Assembly: GCA_964441865.1 (NCBI GenBank)
Contig: CAYTVW010000001.1
Location: forward strand, 1-25,406
DNA length: 25,406 nucleotides
Direction: 5' to 3'
DNA from: an uncultured Acidimicrobiaceae bacterium
GTDB taxonomy: Bacteria > Actinomycetota > Acidimicrobiia > Spongiisociales > ZC4RG35
A program made the position numbers and the translations under genes. Shown here piece after piece: positions 8,658-18,057 of this stretch. Position 1 is the first letter of the stretch. Each line of letters begins with the position of its first letter. The notes beneath the pieces were generated by a model. The model worked only from the letters and a program-made list of their open reading frames with translations, had not been told where the DNA came from and made no database searches.

Positions 8658-9860
8658 CTATTGATGTCGACGCTTCTTGTCCCTGTCGGAACCGCCCTGA
8701 GACGACGACGGGGAAAAGACAATAGCCATCACTTCTTCAAACCCTTTGGCAACTCTCGATCTTGGAGCCGATTCCACCACCGGCCTCCCCTCGTTCACTG
8801 ATGCCGCGACGATTCCGTCCGAAGGGATCCGCGCAGAGATCTGTGATTTGAGAGCTCCCTCTATTTCTTTGTCGTCGAGGCGAGCCTTGGCGTTCGATCG
8901 GTTCAGAACCAGTTGGATCTTGTTGGTGGGGAATTTCAGAAGTCGAAGAGTCTCGAGCGCAAGCTTCGCGTTCTTCACCGAGGGGAGATCCATGTCGACG
9001 ACCATTAGGACCCGGTTCGACTTCTCCAGAAGTGACAACAGCAACTCGTCAAGGAGGGACGCTGTGTCAACAATCACGAAATCAAACATCCCCCTCAATA
9101 CCTCGATGATCTGGAGAAGACCCGCCGTAGTGATGTCGTCGGCGAAAGCGGGTTCTACCGGAGCCGCCAGAACCTTCAATCCGCTCGAATGCTCTGTGAG
9201 AATCGACCCGACGAGCTGTCTATCAAGCCGATGAAGCTCAGCAGCGGCGTTCACAACTGTGAAACGCGGCTCGAGTTGAAGCACAAGACAAACGTCCCCG
9301 AATTGGAGATCCGCGTCGACCAGGCACACCGACACATCCGGCTGGTTAGCCAACAGCACAGCTAAGTTCGTTGCCGTGACCGTCTTCCCTGACCCGCCCT
9401 TTGCCGACATGATCGTGATGACCTGACCATCGGCGTGCGGTTCTGGCGCGGTTGACACACCTACACCTCGCATCGGAGCCTTCACAGAAAGAACGTCGCT
9501 CGAGAATTGGATAATCGCTTGCTCGATCCGCTCTTCGGTCAGTGGTGCCTCGATCACATCCGAGACTCCGACTCTCATCGCCGCTCTCAACAACCCGGCG
9601 GTCACCGACTCCGCTACCACTAGCGATATCAACGAAGGGTCTTGGTACCTAAGTGATTTCACCGATTCGAGAGCCTGTTCGTTTGCATAGGAAGGTCCAA
9701 ATATGACCATCTTGAGCATCCCGCTCTCTACCGCTTGCAGAGCGTCGCCAATCGATCGCGCGACAGGAAGCCTCCCATCGAAAAGACGCTTGGCACCGTC
9801 AATGAACGCATCATCATCATCGATGACCAGAAGGTTGTTCTCGCTCAAAGACACGTCCAC
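8658..9860 (-). CDS. cpaE: CpaE/TadZ pilus localisation ATPase (pseudo-receiver plus MinD-like domain)
   Basis: N-terminal receiver-like fold with the phospho-Asp position replaced (VIFGP), deviant Walker A KGGSGKT, and LVDADLQFGD. Confidence 0.9.
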   Translation of the reverse strand: MDVSLSENNLLVIDDDDAFIDGAKRLFDGRLPVARSIGDALQAVESGMLKMVIFGPSYANEQALESVKSLRYQDPSLISLVVAESVTAGLLRAAMRVGVSDVIEAPLTEERIEQAIIQFSSDVLSVKAPMRGVGVSTAPEPHADGQVITIMSAKGGSGKTVTATNLAVLLANQPDVSVCLVDADLQFGDVCLVLQLEPRFTVVNAAAELHRLDRQLVGSILTEHSSGLKVLAAPVEPAFADDITTAGLLQIIEVLRGMFDFVIVDTASLLDELLLSLLEKSNRVLMVVDMDLPSVKNAKLALETLRLLKFPTNKIQLVLNRSNAKARLDDKEIEGALKSQISARIPSDGIVAASVNEGRPVVESAPRSRVAKGFEEVMAIVFSPSSSQGGSDRDKKRRHQ

Positions 9861-9901
9861 CGCCTCAGTTCAAAGCTCCGTTTCAAAACTCTCCTGAATT
9901 C

Positions 9902-10831
9902 TCAATCACCGAAAATGTCGTCGACCACGTTGGCTCCCCGTCCAAAGAGGTTCACCAAAGCCACACCACGAGTCTCGACCACTTCGTATTCTTTAGCCGG
10001 AAGAGTGAAGTAGATCACTCCCTCGGACTGGGCAAACACCAATCTTTCAGCGTCCTCGGCATTCACCATCAAAGTGAACACCGTCGAAACCTCAGGCTCC
10101 ACCTCCTCACCCGTTTCAGTGACAGTGGCAGCTGTCCCGCCGATCACTGCTTCTCCAGCCGCGTTCTGAACGACCGGAGGATCGACCCCCTCTTCCGGTT
10201 TCATGATCGTTCCAACAGCTAGAACAGGCACTTGAGCGAGAATCCTCCGAGTGTATGTCACCTCTTCCGAAGCGGCCGCTTCGCCTTCGGTCGCTTGTTC
10301 AGTCGGCACGCCGAAACCGGTCCCCTCAGGGATGGCAGTCATATCGATCGGTAGCGACAACGTCACGATGATGTTCACAAGATCGTCAGGTTGCACAAAA
10401 CCATTCACTCCCGAAACGAGATCGGGCGCCACAGTGATCGCTTCCATGTTGGGATCGATCACATTGGTAAGCGGAGCCACAGCAACACTGGGGACCGCCC
10501 ACATGGAATCAACGAATATCCCGTTCGCCGGGATCGGACCAATTGCCACACGCCCAGAGAGAACCGTCCTAAGGGCTTCTTCAGTCGTTATAGCGCCACC
10601 AGGCAGATCCCCCACCTGCTCTTCGCTCTGCACAAAGGCCAGTTCCCCTTGAGTGAGAATCTCAGAACCCCGAGCTCCTTCTGGGATATGCTGCACCGCC
10701 CTGAAGACGACCTGCATCTCTTCGCCCTTGCGAATCTCATCCTCAAGATTGTTCATGTATTGCATGAGTACGAATGCAGATGCCGCCGCCAGCAACACAG
10801 CGATCGCCACTACCAGAATTCTCTTGCCCAT
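9902..10831 (-). CDS. cpaB: Flp pilus assembly protein CpaB/RcpC
   Basis: N-terminal TM, SAF-like region, GVNGFVQPDDLVNII motif and C-terminal TLMV..EDAERLVFA. ATG 10831 is preceded by AAGGAG. Confidence 0.88.
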   Translation of the reverse strand: MGKRILVVAIAVLLAAASAFVLMQYMNNLEDEIRKGEEMQVVFRAVQHIPEGARGSEILTQGELAFVQSEEQVGDLPGGAITTEEALRTVLSGRVAIGPIPANGIFVDSMWAVPSVAVAPLTNVIDPNMEAITVAPDLVSGVNGFVQPDDLVNIIVTLSLPIDMTAIPEGTGFGVPTEQATEGEAAASEEVTYTRRILAQVPVLAVGTIMKPEEGVDPPVVQNAAGEAVIGGTAATVTETGEEVEPEVSTVFTLMVNAEDAERLVFAQSEGVIYFTLPAKEYEVVETRGVALVNLFGRGANVVDDIFGD

Positions 10832-11161
10832 CAATGCTCCTTGACGTCTTCAACTCTCAAATCGCCGATTTCGCCCGACGATCCGACCTTCGGTCGAGAC
10901 CGACGGCACACCATTTTCCGCCGCCGACACCGTGCCGGCGAACCCAATCAGGGCAGCGGCGACACAGCGACCGTCCCGATCACTAGGCAACTTAGCCGAA
11001 TCATCGGGATTTTGGTCATCATGATCGGTACGTTCCCAAACAATTCGGAGAAATAAGGATACTTCGAACCTCGATCTCGCGCACTTGAGATCTTCGCGCT
11101 GGTGTCTTGGCCGCTCGATGCCCGCACGTTCTCAAAGGGATTCAACTCCATCACAGGAGCC

Positions 11162-12649
11162 TCAACGCCTCCCGATTCCGCGCTCCTTCAACTCCTGCAA
11201 GATTGCCTCGAGTGAAGCGTCAACCGCGACCGGGGGTCGTTCAGGTTCTTCAGCACCGAATTCCCGCTCGAACTCTCTCCGAGGCGGACGCCGACGTGGC
11301 TGTTGACCCTGTTGAGCCTGCTGCGGCTGCTGCGGCTGAGCTGCCTCTCGTTCTTTCCAATCCGGGAGTGCCTGCTTGATCGAAAGGCTCACCCTCCGCT
11401 TCTCTTCGTCAAGCTCGGTGATCTTCACAGTCACCTTCTGCCCGATGCTCAGTTCGAGTTCGGGTGATTCCACCCGATGAATAGCGATCTCAGAGACATG
11501 GACAAGCCCCTCGACGCCATCAGCGACAGAGACAAAAGCCCCGAATGGAACCGTCTTGATAACCGACCCCTCCACCAGAGCGCCCTCTTCGTGATCTCGC
11601 ACAAAAACAACCCACGGATCTTCAAGAGTCTGGCGAATCGAAAGAGAGATTCTCTCCCTGTCCCGATCGACCTCAAGGACCTTGACGGTGACCTTATCGC
11701 CGACTTTGACGACTTCTGACGGATGGTTGACATGCTGCCAGGAAAGCTCCGAAACGTGCACCAAACCGTCCATCCCACCAAGATCAACGAAGGCACCAAA
11801 GTTGACAACCGATGAGACAACACCGTCAGTCACATACCCTTCTTCAAGGTTGTCGAGGAAAGCCTGACGTTGCTCGGCTTGCTCTTCCTCCAGGAAGGCT
11901 CGGCGTGACAGCACGACGTTGTTTCGATTACGGTCGAGTTCGATAACCTTGGCTTCAATCTCGGTTCCGATGAACGGGTCTAGATCACGGACTCTTCGGA
12001 GGTCGACCAAAGAAGCTGGGAGGAAACCGCGGAGTCCGATATCTACGATCAGACCACCCTTAACGGCTTCTATCACGGTCCCCTTGACGTTCTCGCCCGA
12101 ATTGGTGATTTCTTGGATTCGACCCCATGCTCGCTCGTATTGAGCTCGCTTCTTCGAAAGAATCAGACGACCCTCGTCGTCTTCTTTGTTCAGAACCAAC
12201 GCTTCGATTCGCTCACCGATAGTAACGATCTTGGATGGATCAACATTGTTCCTGATCGACAACTCGCCTGCTGGGATCAAACCTTCGGATTTGTAGCCGA
12301 TGTCAATCATGGCCCCGTCGGCATCTACGCCGACGACTGTCCCCTCGACGATGTCTCCCTCGCGGAACTCGAGGACGGTTGCCGCGATCGCAGCTTCGAA
12401 ATCGTCCATGATCTCATCGGGCAATTCGCTGAGAGACGGGGCGACAATCGCAGTCTTGGTTTGAACCGGATTCGACTCACCTTCGGAGTTGTCTTCAACC
12501 GGGGCTGTCACACTGTCGGCTTTCGTTCCGACCGACTCTTCAGCCATATTCTCTGCAATCTCGGCACTCGTCTCGGTCTCGGCGACCGGCGCCTCGACAG
12601 TCTCAGCCGTCTCCTCGTCGGGGACGGATACGGTCTCATTCTCTGACAT
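11162..12649 (-). CDS. rpsA: 30S ribosomal protein S1 (four S1 domains)
   Basis: IDIGYKSEG, AVKGGLIVDIGLRGFLPASLV, FGAFVDLGGMDGLVHVSELSW, FGAFVSVADGVEGLVHVSEI. Start set at ATG 12649 (GGAGGT upstream); ATG 12691 is an alternative. Confidence 0.95.
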   Translation of the reverse strand: MSENETVSVPDEETAETVEAPVAETETSAEIAENMAEESVGTKADSVTAPVEDNSEGESNPVQTKTAIVAPSLSELPDEIMDDFEAAIAATVLEFREGDIVEGTVVGVDADGAMIDIGYKSEGLIPAGELSIRNNVDPSKIVTIGERIEALVLNKEDDEGRLILSKKRAQYERAWGRIQEITNSGENVKGTVIEAVKGGLIVDIGLRGFLPASLVDLRRVRDLDPFIGTEIEAKVIELDRNRNNVVLSRRAFLEEEQAEQRQAFLDNLEEGYVTDGVVSSVVNFGAFVDLGGMDGLVHVSELSWQHVNHPSEVVKVGDKVTVKVLEVDRDRERISLSIRQTLEDPWVVFVRDHEEGALVEGSVIKTVPFGAFVSVADGVEGLVHVSEIAIHRVESPELELSIGQKVTVKITELDEEKRRVSLSIKQALPDWKEREAAQPQQPQQAQQGQQPRRRPPRREFEREFGAEEPERPPVAVDASLEAILQELKERGIGRR

Positions 12650-12711
12650 GGGTGAGTTCTCTACCTCCGAAGGAATATTCTCCGCGGGCATCCTGCCGCT
12701 GAGTGTCGGAA

Positions 12712-12717
12712 ACGGTA
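12712..12717 (-). promoter_or_regulatory. Putative extended -10 (TGG-TACCGT) for rpsA
   Basis: TAnnnT with a TG extension about 60 nt upstream of the start. Confidence 0.45.
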
Positions 12718-12809
12718 CCACGTCACTTCTGAGCGGCCAATCTGAAACGACTCGCCTTCGCGAACAAAACCGTTGGGATCGGCCAACCCAGTTTCGGAAT
12801 TCAAGGCTG

Positions 12810-15374
12810 CTACTCGCCCTTGGTCTCTCCAAGGTTCGCTCCGAAACCCAGAGCAGCTGTCAACGGAACACGAAGCTGAGTTGCGCCTTCCATTACCGAC
12901 CTGACAATCTCACCGGTCTTTTGCAGCTCTTTCTCCGGCGCTTCCACAACGAGTTCGTCGTGGATCTGAAGAAGAAGACGAGCACTCGACCCCTGCAGTC
13001 TCTGGTCAACCTCAATCATCGCAATCTTGATGATGTCAGCTGCCGTCCCCTGGATCGGAGCGTTCAATGCCATTCTCTCGGCCATCTGTCTGACCCTGAA
13101 GTTGTCGCTCTTCAACTCAGGGAGATATCTACGTCGACCAAACATGGTTTCGGTGAACCCGTCTCTTCGTGCAGCCTCAACCACACCTTCCAGATAATCC
13201 TTCACCCCGGGGAACTGTTGGAAATAGGCGTCTACATGAGTGCGAGCTTCGCTCCGATCAATTCCCAACCTTTCCGACAAACCGTACGACTCCATTCCAT
13301 AAAGGAGGCCGAAATTGATTACTTTCGCCATCCTTCTCATTTCACCAGTAACCGCATCGGCCTCCACGCCAAACACCCGGGAGGCCGTCGCACTGTGAAT
13401 GTCTTCGCCTCGGCGGAATGCCTCAACCAGGCCTTCGTCCTCCGACATGTGGGCTAGGACCCGCAGTTCGATCTGGGAATAGTCAGCTACAACGAACCGG
13501 TAACCGGGAGAAGCGACGAACGCTCGACGCACTAACCGTCCCGTTTCGCTACGAACAGGGATGTTCTGAAGGTTCGGCGACTCCGACGAGAGTCGACCCG
13601 TAGCCGCGGCCATCTGATTGAAGGTGGTGTGTATCCGCCCGTCCGTTCCTATCAACGGAACGTATCCGTCTACGTAGGTCGATCTCAGTTTCTCCAGTTC
13701 CCTATATCGGAGGAGATCGGCCACCACGGGATGATCGAGTCTCTCAAGGACCGAGGCATCAGTTGACGGTTTCCCCGTGGCTGTCTTTTTCAGTATCGGG
13801 AGACCCAACTTGTCGAACAGGATTTCGCCAAGTTTGGCGGAAGAATTGATGTTGAAGACCTCTCCAGCGGAGCGGTGAATTGATTTCTCCAGGTCAGTCA
13901 ACTCCGAACGGAGGTCTTCTCCCAAAGAAACCAAGTATTCCCGATCTACCCTGATCCCCGTCAACTCCATCCTGGCAAGAACCCCTATCAGAGGGATCTC
14001 GATCTTCGACATCAGCTCTTCTGCACCATGAGTCGGGAGAGCCTCCTTGAAGAACTCATACAGTCTTCGGACAACAATGGCTCTTCGCCCCGCTTGGTCG
14101 ATATTCGGTCCTTCCGAGAAGTCAAAAGCCCCCTGCGGTTTGGAACTCTCCGTCCCTTCCGAACACTCCCCTAATTCAGCTCCGAGGTATTTCTCAGCTA
14201 GCGCATCAAGACTCCCCAAGCTCAGACCCGGATCTACAACGTATGCCGCAAGAGCGACATCCATCTCAACCTCTGGCATCGCCTTCGGGGTAATCTTCAA
14301 CACCCTTTTGGCATCGAATGCGACTACCCGACGTCCTTCAAACAATGCCTCGGAGGGTTCCACAACGACGGCCGCGGTTTCGCCAGTCACTACAGCGAGT
14401 CCGTCGCTTGGGTCGTCCGAAACCAGTTCACATATCAACAAGCCGGCTTCAGGGATTTGAGAGAGATCACCCCGCACAGTTGAACAATCCACCGGTTCTC
14501 CCCTGTCTTTCTCCCCAACCGCGATCACCGTCCGAAGATCATCCCAGAGTGATGTGAATTCAAGGTTTGAGAAGAGTTCACGGATTCTTTCCAGATCTGG
14601 TTCTCCCGGTTCAGGTACTTCCAATTCAAGGTCGTCTACCAAAGTCATCAGCCTTCTATTCAGAAAAACCTGGTCTCTGGAGTTCTCCAGATTCTCTTTC
14701 AGACGAGGAGTCTGTTCGTCGAGTTGGTCATAGACCCCCTCGAGTGTGTTGTAAGAGGAAATCAGTTTCGCAGCGGTCTTCTCACCAACTCCAGGAACTC
14801 CGGGCAAGTTGTCGGACGGATCTCCCCGGAGTGACGCGAAGTCAACATAGGAGGCCGGGTCTATCCCGTATCGATCACGCACGTAACTGGCATCAGCCAA
14901 CACCGTCTCACTGATCCCCCTCTTCATGTAGAGCACCTGACAACCGTCGTTAATCAGCTGGAAAGAGTCGCGATCGCCCGTGACAATCACAACATCCCAC
15001 CCATCGGAGACGGCTCGTGAACCCAAAGAAGCAATCAGGTCATCCGCCTCGAACCCTTCCCGATCGATCTGAGGAATCCCCAACCGGTCGAGAATCTCCC
15101 GGATCAATGGAACCTGACTCTTGAACGCGTCAGGGGTCTCGGCTCTCTGGGCCTTGTATTCACCGTATTCCTCAGTACGGAAGGTCTTCCGGCTGACATC
15201 CCATGCCACGACCACACGTTCCGGCGTTCTATCGCCGAGGAGCCTGATGAGCATCCTTGTGAACCCGTATACCGCGTTTGTCACCTGACCATTGACGGTC
15301 TGCATCTCTTCCGGCAAAGCGAAGAAAGCCCGATAGGCAATCGAATGTCCGTCGAGGATTGCGAGTTCAGGCAT
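12810..15374 (-). CDS. polA: DNA polymerase I
   Basis: 5'-3' exonuclease (LDGHSIAYRAFFA, EADD, GDPSDNLPGVPGVGEKTA), degenerate 3'-5' exo region, and polymerase motifs DYSQIELR, AKVINFGLLYG, QIHDEL. Confidence 0.98.
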   Translation of the reverse strand: MPELAILDGHSIAYRAFFALPEEMQTVNGQVTNAVYGFTRMLIRLLGDRTPERVVVAWDVSRKTFRTEEYGEYKAQRAETPDAFKSQVPLIREILDRLGIPQIDREGFEADDLIASLGSRAVSDGWDVVIVTGDRDSFQLINDGCQVLYMKRGISETVLADASYVRDRYGIDPASYVDFASLRGDPSDNLPGVPGVGEKTAAKLISSYNTLEGVYDQLDEQTPRLKENLENSRDQVFLNRRLMTLVDDLELEVPEPGEPDLERIRELFSNLEFTSLWDDLRTVIAVGEKDRGEPVDCSTVRGDLSQIPEAGLLICELVSDDPSDGLAVVTGETAAVVVEPSEALFEGRRVVAFDAKRVLKITPKAMPEVEMDVALAAYVVDPGLSLGSLDALAEKYLGAELGECSEGTESSKPQGAFDFSEGPNIDQAGRRAIVVRRLYEFFKEALPTHGAEELMSKIEIPLIGVLARMELTGIRVDREYLVSLGEDLRSELTDLEKSIHRSAGEVFNINSSAKLGEILFDKLGLPILKKTATGKPSTDASVLERLDHPVVADLLRYRELEKLRSTYVDGYVPLIGTDGRIHTTFNQMAAATGRLSSESPNLQNIPVRSETGRLVRRAFVASPGYRFVVADYSQIELRVLAHMSEDEGLVEAFRRGEDIHSATASRVFGVEADAVTGEMRRMAKVINFGLLYGMESYGLSERLGIDRSEARTHVDAYFQQFPGVKDYLEGVVEAARRDGFTETMFGRRRYLPELKSDNFRVRQMAERMALNAPIQGTAADIIKIAMIEVDQRLQGSSARLLLQIHDELVVEAPEKELQKTGEIVRSVMEGATQLRVPLTAALGFGANLGETKGE

Positions 15375-15387
15375 CCACCTAAGTCCT

Positions 15388-15663
15388 TTATTCGAGACGT
15401 TGCAGAAGAGCGATTCTCCGCTCCTCTAGCTCCGCTATCGACCTGTCGATCTCTTCGAGTCGCCTGGAGAACCGCCGCACGTCGGCTCCAGTCGATCCAG
15501 CTTCCATCTTGTCGAAACCGTCTTCGACTAGTACAGCATCGCGTACGGCGTCATCATGAATATGACGGTGATACTCCAATTCAGCAGCGACCTCGCCACG
15601 TTCTTTCCGGAGTCGGGCTAAACGATCAACGATTCCCAGTAGCTTCCGCTCAGTTCGCGACAC
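15388..15663 (-). CDS. Small coiled-coil hypothetical protein (91 aa) upstream of polA
   Basis: Charged heptad-rich helix (RLARLRKERGEVAAELE...LEEIDRSIAELEERR). GTG 15663 lies 6 nt after TACAGT; the stop is 13 nt before polA. Confidence 0.75.
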   Translation of the reverse strand: MSRTERKLLGIVDRLARLRKERGEVAAELEYHRHIHDDAVRDAVLVEDGFDKMEAGSTGADVRRFSRRLEEIDRSIAELEERRIALLQRLE

Positions 15664-15669
15664 CCGCCG

Positions 15670-15675
15670 ACTGTA
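15670..15675 (-). promoter_or_regulatory. Putative -10 (TACAGT), leaderless promoter of the hypothetical-polA unit
   Basis: TAnnnT 6 nt before GTG 15663. Confidence 0.6.
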
Positions 15676-15726
15676 GTTGATTCCGGAGAGATCCAGTATC
15701 GTCGCCAACCCTGTTCCGAAATCTTC

Positions 15727-15732
15727 TAGACT
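15727..15732 (+). promoter_or_regulatory. Putative -10 (TAGACT) of the tRNA-Leu promoter
   Basis: TAnnnT 10 nt upstream of the mature tRNA 5' end. Confidence 0.55.
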
Positions 15733-15742
15733 CCCCCTTCGC

Positions 15743-15825
15743 GCCGGAGTGGCGGAATGGCAGACGCGATGGACTCAAAATCCATTGTCCGCGAGGGCGT
15801 GCGGGTTCAAGTCCCGCCTCCGGCA
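15743..15825 (+). tRNA. tRNA-Leu (anticodon CAA); 3' CCA not fully encoded (A-CCG)
   Basis: Acceptor GCCGGAG/CTCCGGC, anticodon arm ATGGA-CTCAAAA-TCCAT, long variable arm, T arm GCGGG-TTCAAGT-CCCGC. Confidence 0.97.
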
Positions 15826-15913
15826 CCGAAGAGATGGGTTTTTTGCTTTATCGGGATGCTTTATTCCGCATATCCCGGCCTTGCGATATATCTGGGGCTA
15901 TCGTTCGCGATAT

Positions 15914-16009
15914 GCAACGGCCGTCCTATGACAACCTTGTCCTCGCCGCATCCCCACTCCCCCCACTCCCTGGCCGAGGACATGTGATCATTCATTCGAC
16001 GGCCGTTGC
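15914..16009. other. Nested inverted-repeat element (long hairpin with C-rich loop)
   Basis: 12-bp perfect IR GCAACGGCCGTC (15914-25) / GACGGCCGTTGC (15998-16009), inner 8-bp IR TGTCCTCG / CGAGGACA, and (CCCCACTCC)x2 in the loop. Confidence 0.75.
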
Positions 16010-16063
16010 TCTTCTTCCGTCCGAGTAGTCTCGCCTTCCCTTTTGACTCAATGCTTCAGGAAC

Positions 16064-16873
16064 TCAGCGAGACGCGATGCTCCGCTTCACTTCAGCCACG
16101 AGCTCCGCGCACGCCTTCGCTCCGTCCGACGACTTCTCGTTTTCGAGCACTCTTCTGACCAGCGCTGTCCCCATAATGAATCCGTCTGCTCCCGCATCCG
16201 CTACTGCCTTCGCCTGCTCAGGGCCAGAGATCCCTACACCGAACACCACTGGGACGTCCGAGATATTCCGGATCATCTCTACAAGAGGCCGTATATGACC
16301 TCCGGAGTGAGCGCGTTCACCCGTCACTCCCATCTCAGCCACCGCGTAAATGAAGACCGGGTTCAAAGCCGCCACAGTCTCAACACGGTGAGGTGACGAA
16401 GTCGGTGCCACGAACAAGACCATTCCGAGGCCTTCTCTTTCGGCAGCTCTGATCATCGATCCGGCTTCTTCGACTGGGATATCCGGGACAATCACACCGT
16501 CGATGTTCCTCGTTGCGAGCTCGGCGAAGAACTCATCGACCCCGCGCCTAAAAACCGGATTCGCGTAGGTCATGGCTAACACCGGAAGGTCGTTGTCGGA
16601 TCCCACCTTCGACGCCAGATCAAGGGAGACCTCAAGGTTCGCTCCCGCGGCCAGGGCGACGTCGCTCCCTTTCTGAATCACCGGCCCGTCCATTAGGGGA
16701 TCCGAATAGGGAATCCCAACTTCGAAACCATCGGCTCCCGCCTTAGCCATCGCCTCGAATACCAAAGGTGATTCGTTGGGGGTGGGGAGCCCAGCAGTCA
16801 TATACGGAAGGAAAGCCGGTCGCCCATCCTTCCGAGTTCGGGCGAACATCTCAACGATTCTTTCACGCCCCAT
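16064..16873 (-). CDS. trpA: Tryptophan synthase alpha chain
   Basis: FEVGIPYSDPLMDGPVIQ, GVIVPDIPVEE, GVTGER, VFGVGIS. TAATG overlap with trpB. Confidence 0.97.
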   Translation of the reverse strand: MGRERIVEMFARTRKDGRPAFLPYMTAGLPTPNESPLVFEAMAKAGADGFEVGIPYSDPLMDGPVIQKGSDVALAAGANLEVSLDLASKVGSDNDLPVLAMTYANPVFRRGVDEFFAELATRNIDGVIVPDIPVEEAGSMIRAAEREGLGMVLFVAPTSSPHRVETVAALNPVFIYAVAEMGVTGERAHSGGHIRPLVEMIRNISDVPVVFGVGISGPEQAKAVADAGADGFIMGTALVRRVLENEKSSDGAKACAELVAEVKRSIASR

Positions 16874-18057
16874 TACTCGCCTCCCTGATACTTACTGATA
16901 GTCTCGACGTCTTTGTCCCCCCGGCCCGAGAGGTTGACCAGGACACTCTTCCCCGCCAGGGATTTGGCCTCTTTGGCAACCCAGGCGATGGCGTGAGCGC
17001 TTTCGAGAGCGCAGATGATCCCTTCGGTCCGTGCCAACAGCTTCACCCCTTCCAGTGCCTCTTCATCGGTTATTGACTCGTAACGCGCCACTCCCGTGTC
17101 CCGATAGTAAGAGTGCTCAGGTCCAACTCCGGGGTAGTCAAGCCCTGCGGATATCGAATGCGCCTCCAAGATCTGGCCATCGTCGTCCTGAAGCATGTAG
17201 GTGCGCGATCCATGAATCACGCCTGGCGTTCCCATGCAGATCGAAGCACCGTGGCGGCCGGTGAGAAGCCCTTCTCCCCCAGCTTCGACACCGACTAGCT
17301 CTACCCCCGTCCCAGCGAGCGGGTAGAAAATCCCTATCGAGTTCGAGCCTCCACCGACACATGCAACACAGACGTCCGGGAGGTCTTCTTTCATCTGTTC
17401 AAGGACCTCTTCCCCGATCACCTTCTGCAGTTCCCTCACGATGTAGGGGAACGGATGAGGCCCTACTACTGACCCAATGATGTAGTGAGTGTTCTCGACG
17501 GTTCGCACCCAATCGCGCATGGCCTCGCTTACCGCGTCTTTGAGAGTCGCCGCACCCGAAGTGACAGGTATCACTTCCGCACCCAAGATCCGCATGCGGA
17601 GGACGTTCATCGCTTGACGTTCAGTATCAACCTGACCCATGTAAACCGCGCATTCGAGACCCAGGAACGCGGCGGCGGTCGCAGTTGCCACCCCGTGCTG
17701 TCCGGCACCTGTTTCCGCGATGACGCGTGGTTTCCCCATTCTCTTCGCCAGAAGTCCCTGTCCCAAGGCGTTGTTTATCTTGTGAGCCCCTGTGTGAGCA
17801 AGATCTTCCCGTTTTAGAATGACCCTGACTCCCAAGGCCTCCGACAGACGACGAGCTTCCTGGACAGGCGTAGGGCGTCCTACGTAATTCTTGAGATGTT
17901 CGGCAAACTCCGCTCTGAATATCTCGTCTCCCCAAGCTCTGGTGAACTCGACATCCAATTCCTCTAACGCCCCCATCAAGGTTTCCGGAGCGAATCTCCC
18001 CCCGTATTCCCCAAACCGACCTCGATCATCCGGTCTCTCCAACGGCCTTTGGCTCAT
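16873..18057 (-). CDS. trpB: Tryptophan synthase beta chain
   Basis: [16 protein letters not shown] (PLP lysine), [33 protein letters not shown]. Confidence 0.98.
   Translation of the reverse strand: MSQRPLERPDDRGRFGEYGGRFAPETLMGALEELDVEFTRAWGDEIFRAEFAEHLKNYVGRPTPVQEARRLSEALGVRVILKREDLAHTGAHKINNALGQGLLAKRMGKPRVIAETGAGQHGVATATAAAFLGLECAVYMGQVDTERQAMNVLRMRILGAEVIPVTSGAATLKDAVSEAMRDWVRTVENTHYIIGSVVGPHPFPYIVRELQKVIGEEVLEQMKEDLPDVCVACVGGGSNSIGIFYPLAGTGVELVGVEAGGEGLLTGRHGASICMGTPGVIHGSRTYMLQDDDGQILEAHSISAGLDYPGVGPEHSYYRDTGVARYESITDEEALEGVKLLARTEGIICALESAHAIAWVAKEAKSLAGKSVLVNLSGRGDKDVETISKYQGGE

Noticed and set aside
10948-11154. 68-aa ORF from the track
   Set aside because: No recognisable motif or SD; it starts immediately after the rpsA stop and is probably spurious, apart from the possible frameshifted fragment reported separately.
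15826-15850. U-rich tract after the tRNA as an intrinsic terminator
   Set aside because: Only about 3 bp of stem precedes it.
15861-15995. Minus-strand sORF MNDHMSSAREWGEWG... with two Trp codons as a trp attenuator peptide
   Set aside because: It lies downstream of trpA, not upstream of the operon, and the Trp codons come from the CCCCACTCC repeat.
15743-16063. tRNA-Leu as an integration site for a genomic island
   Set aside because: No integrase, no duplicated tRNA 3' end seen, and core genes lie on both sides.
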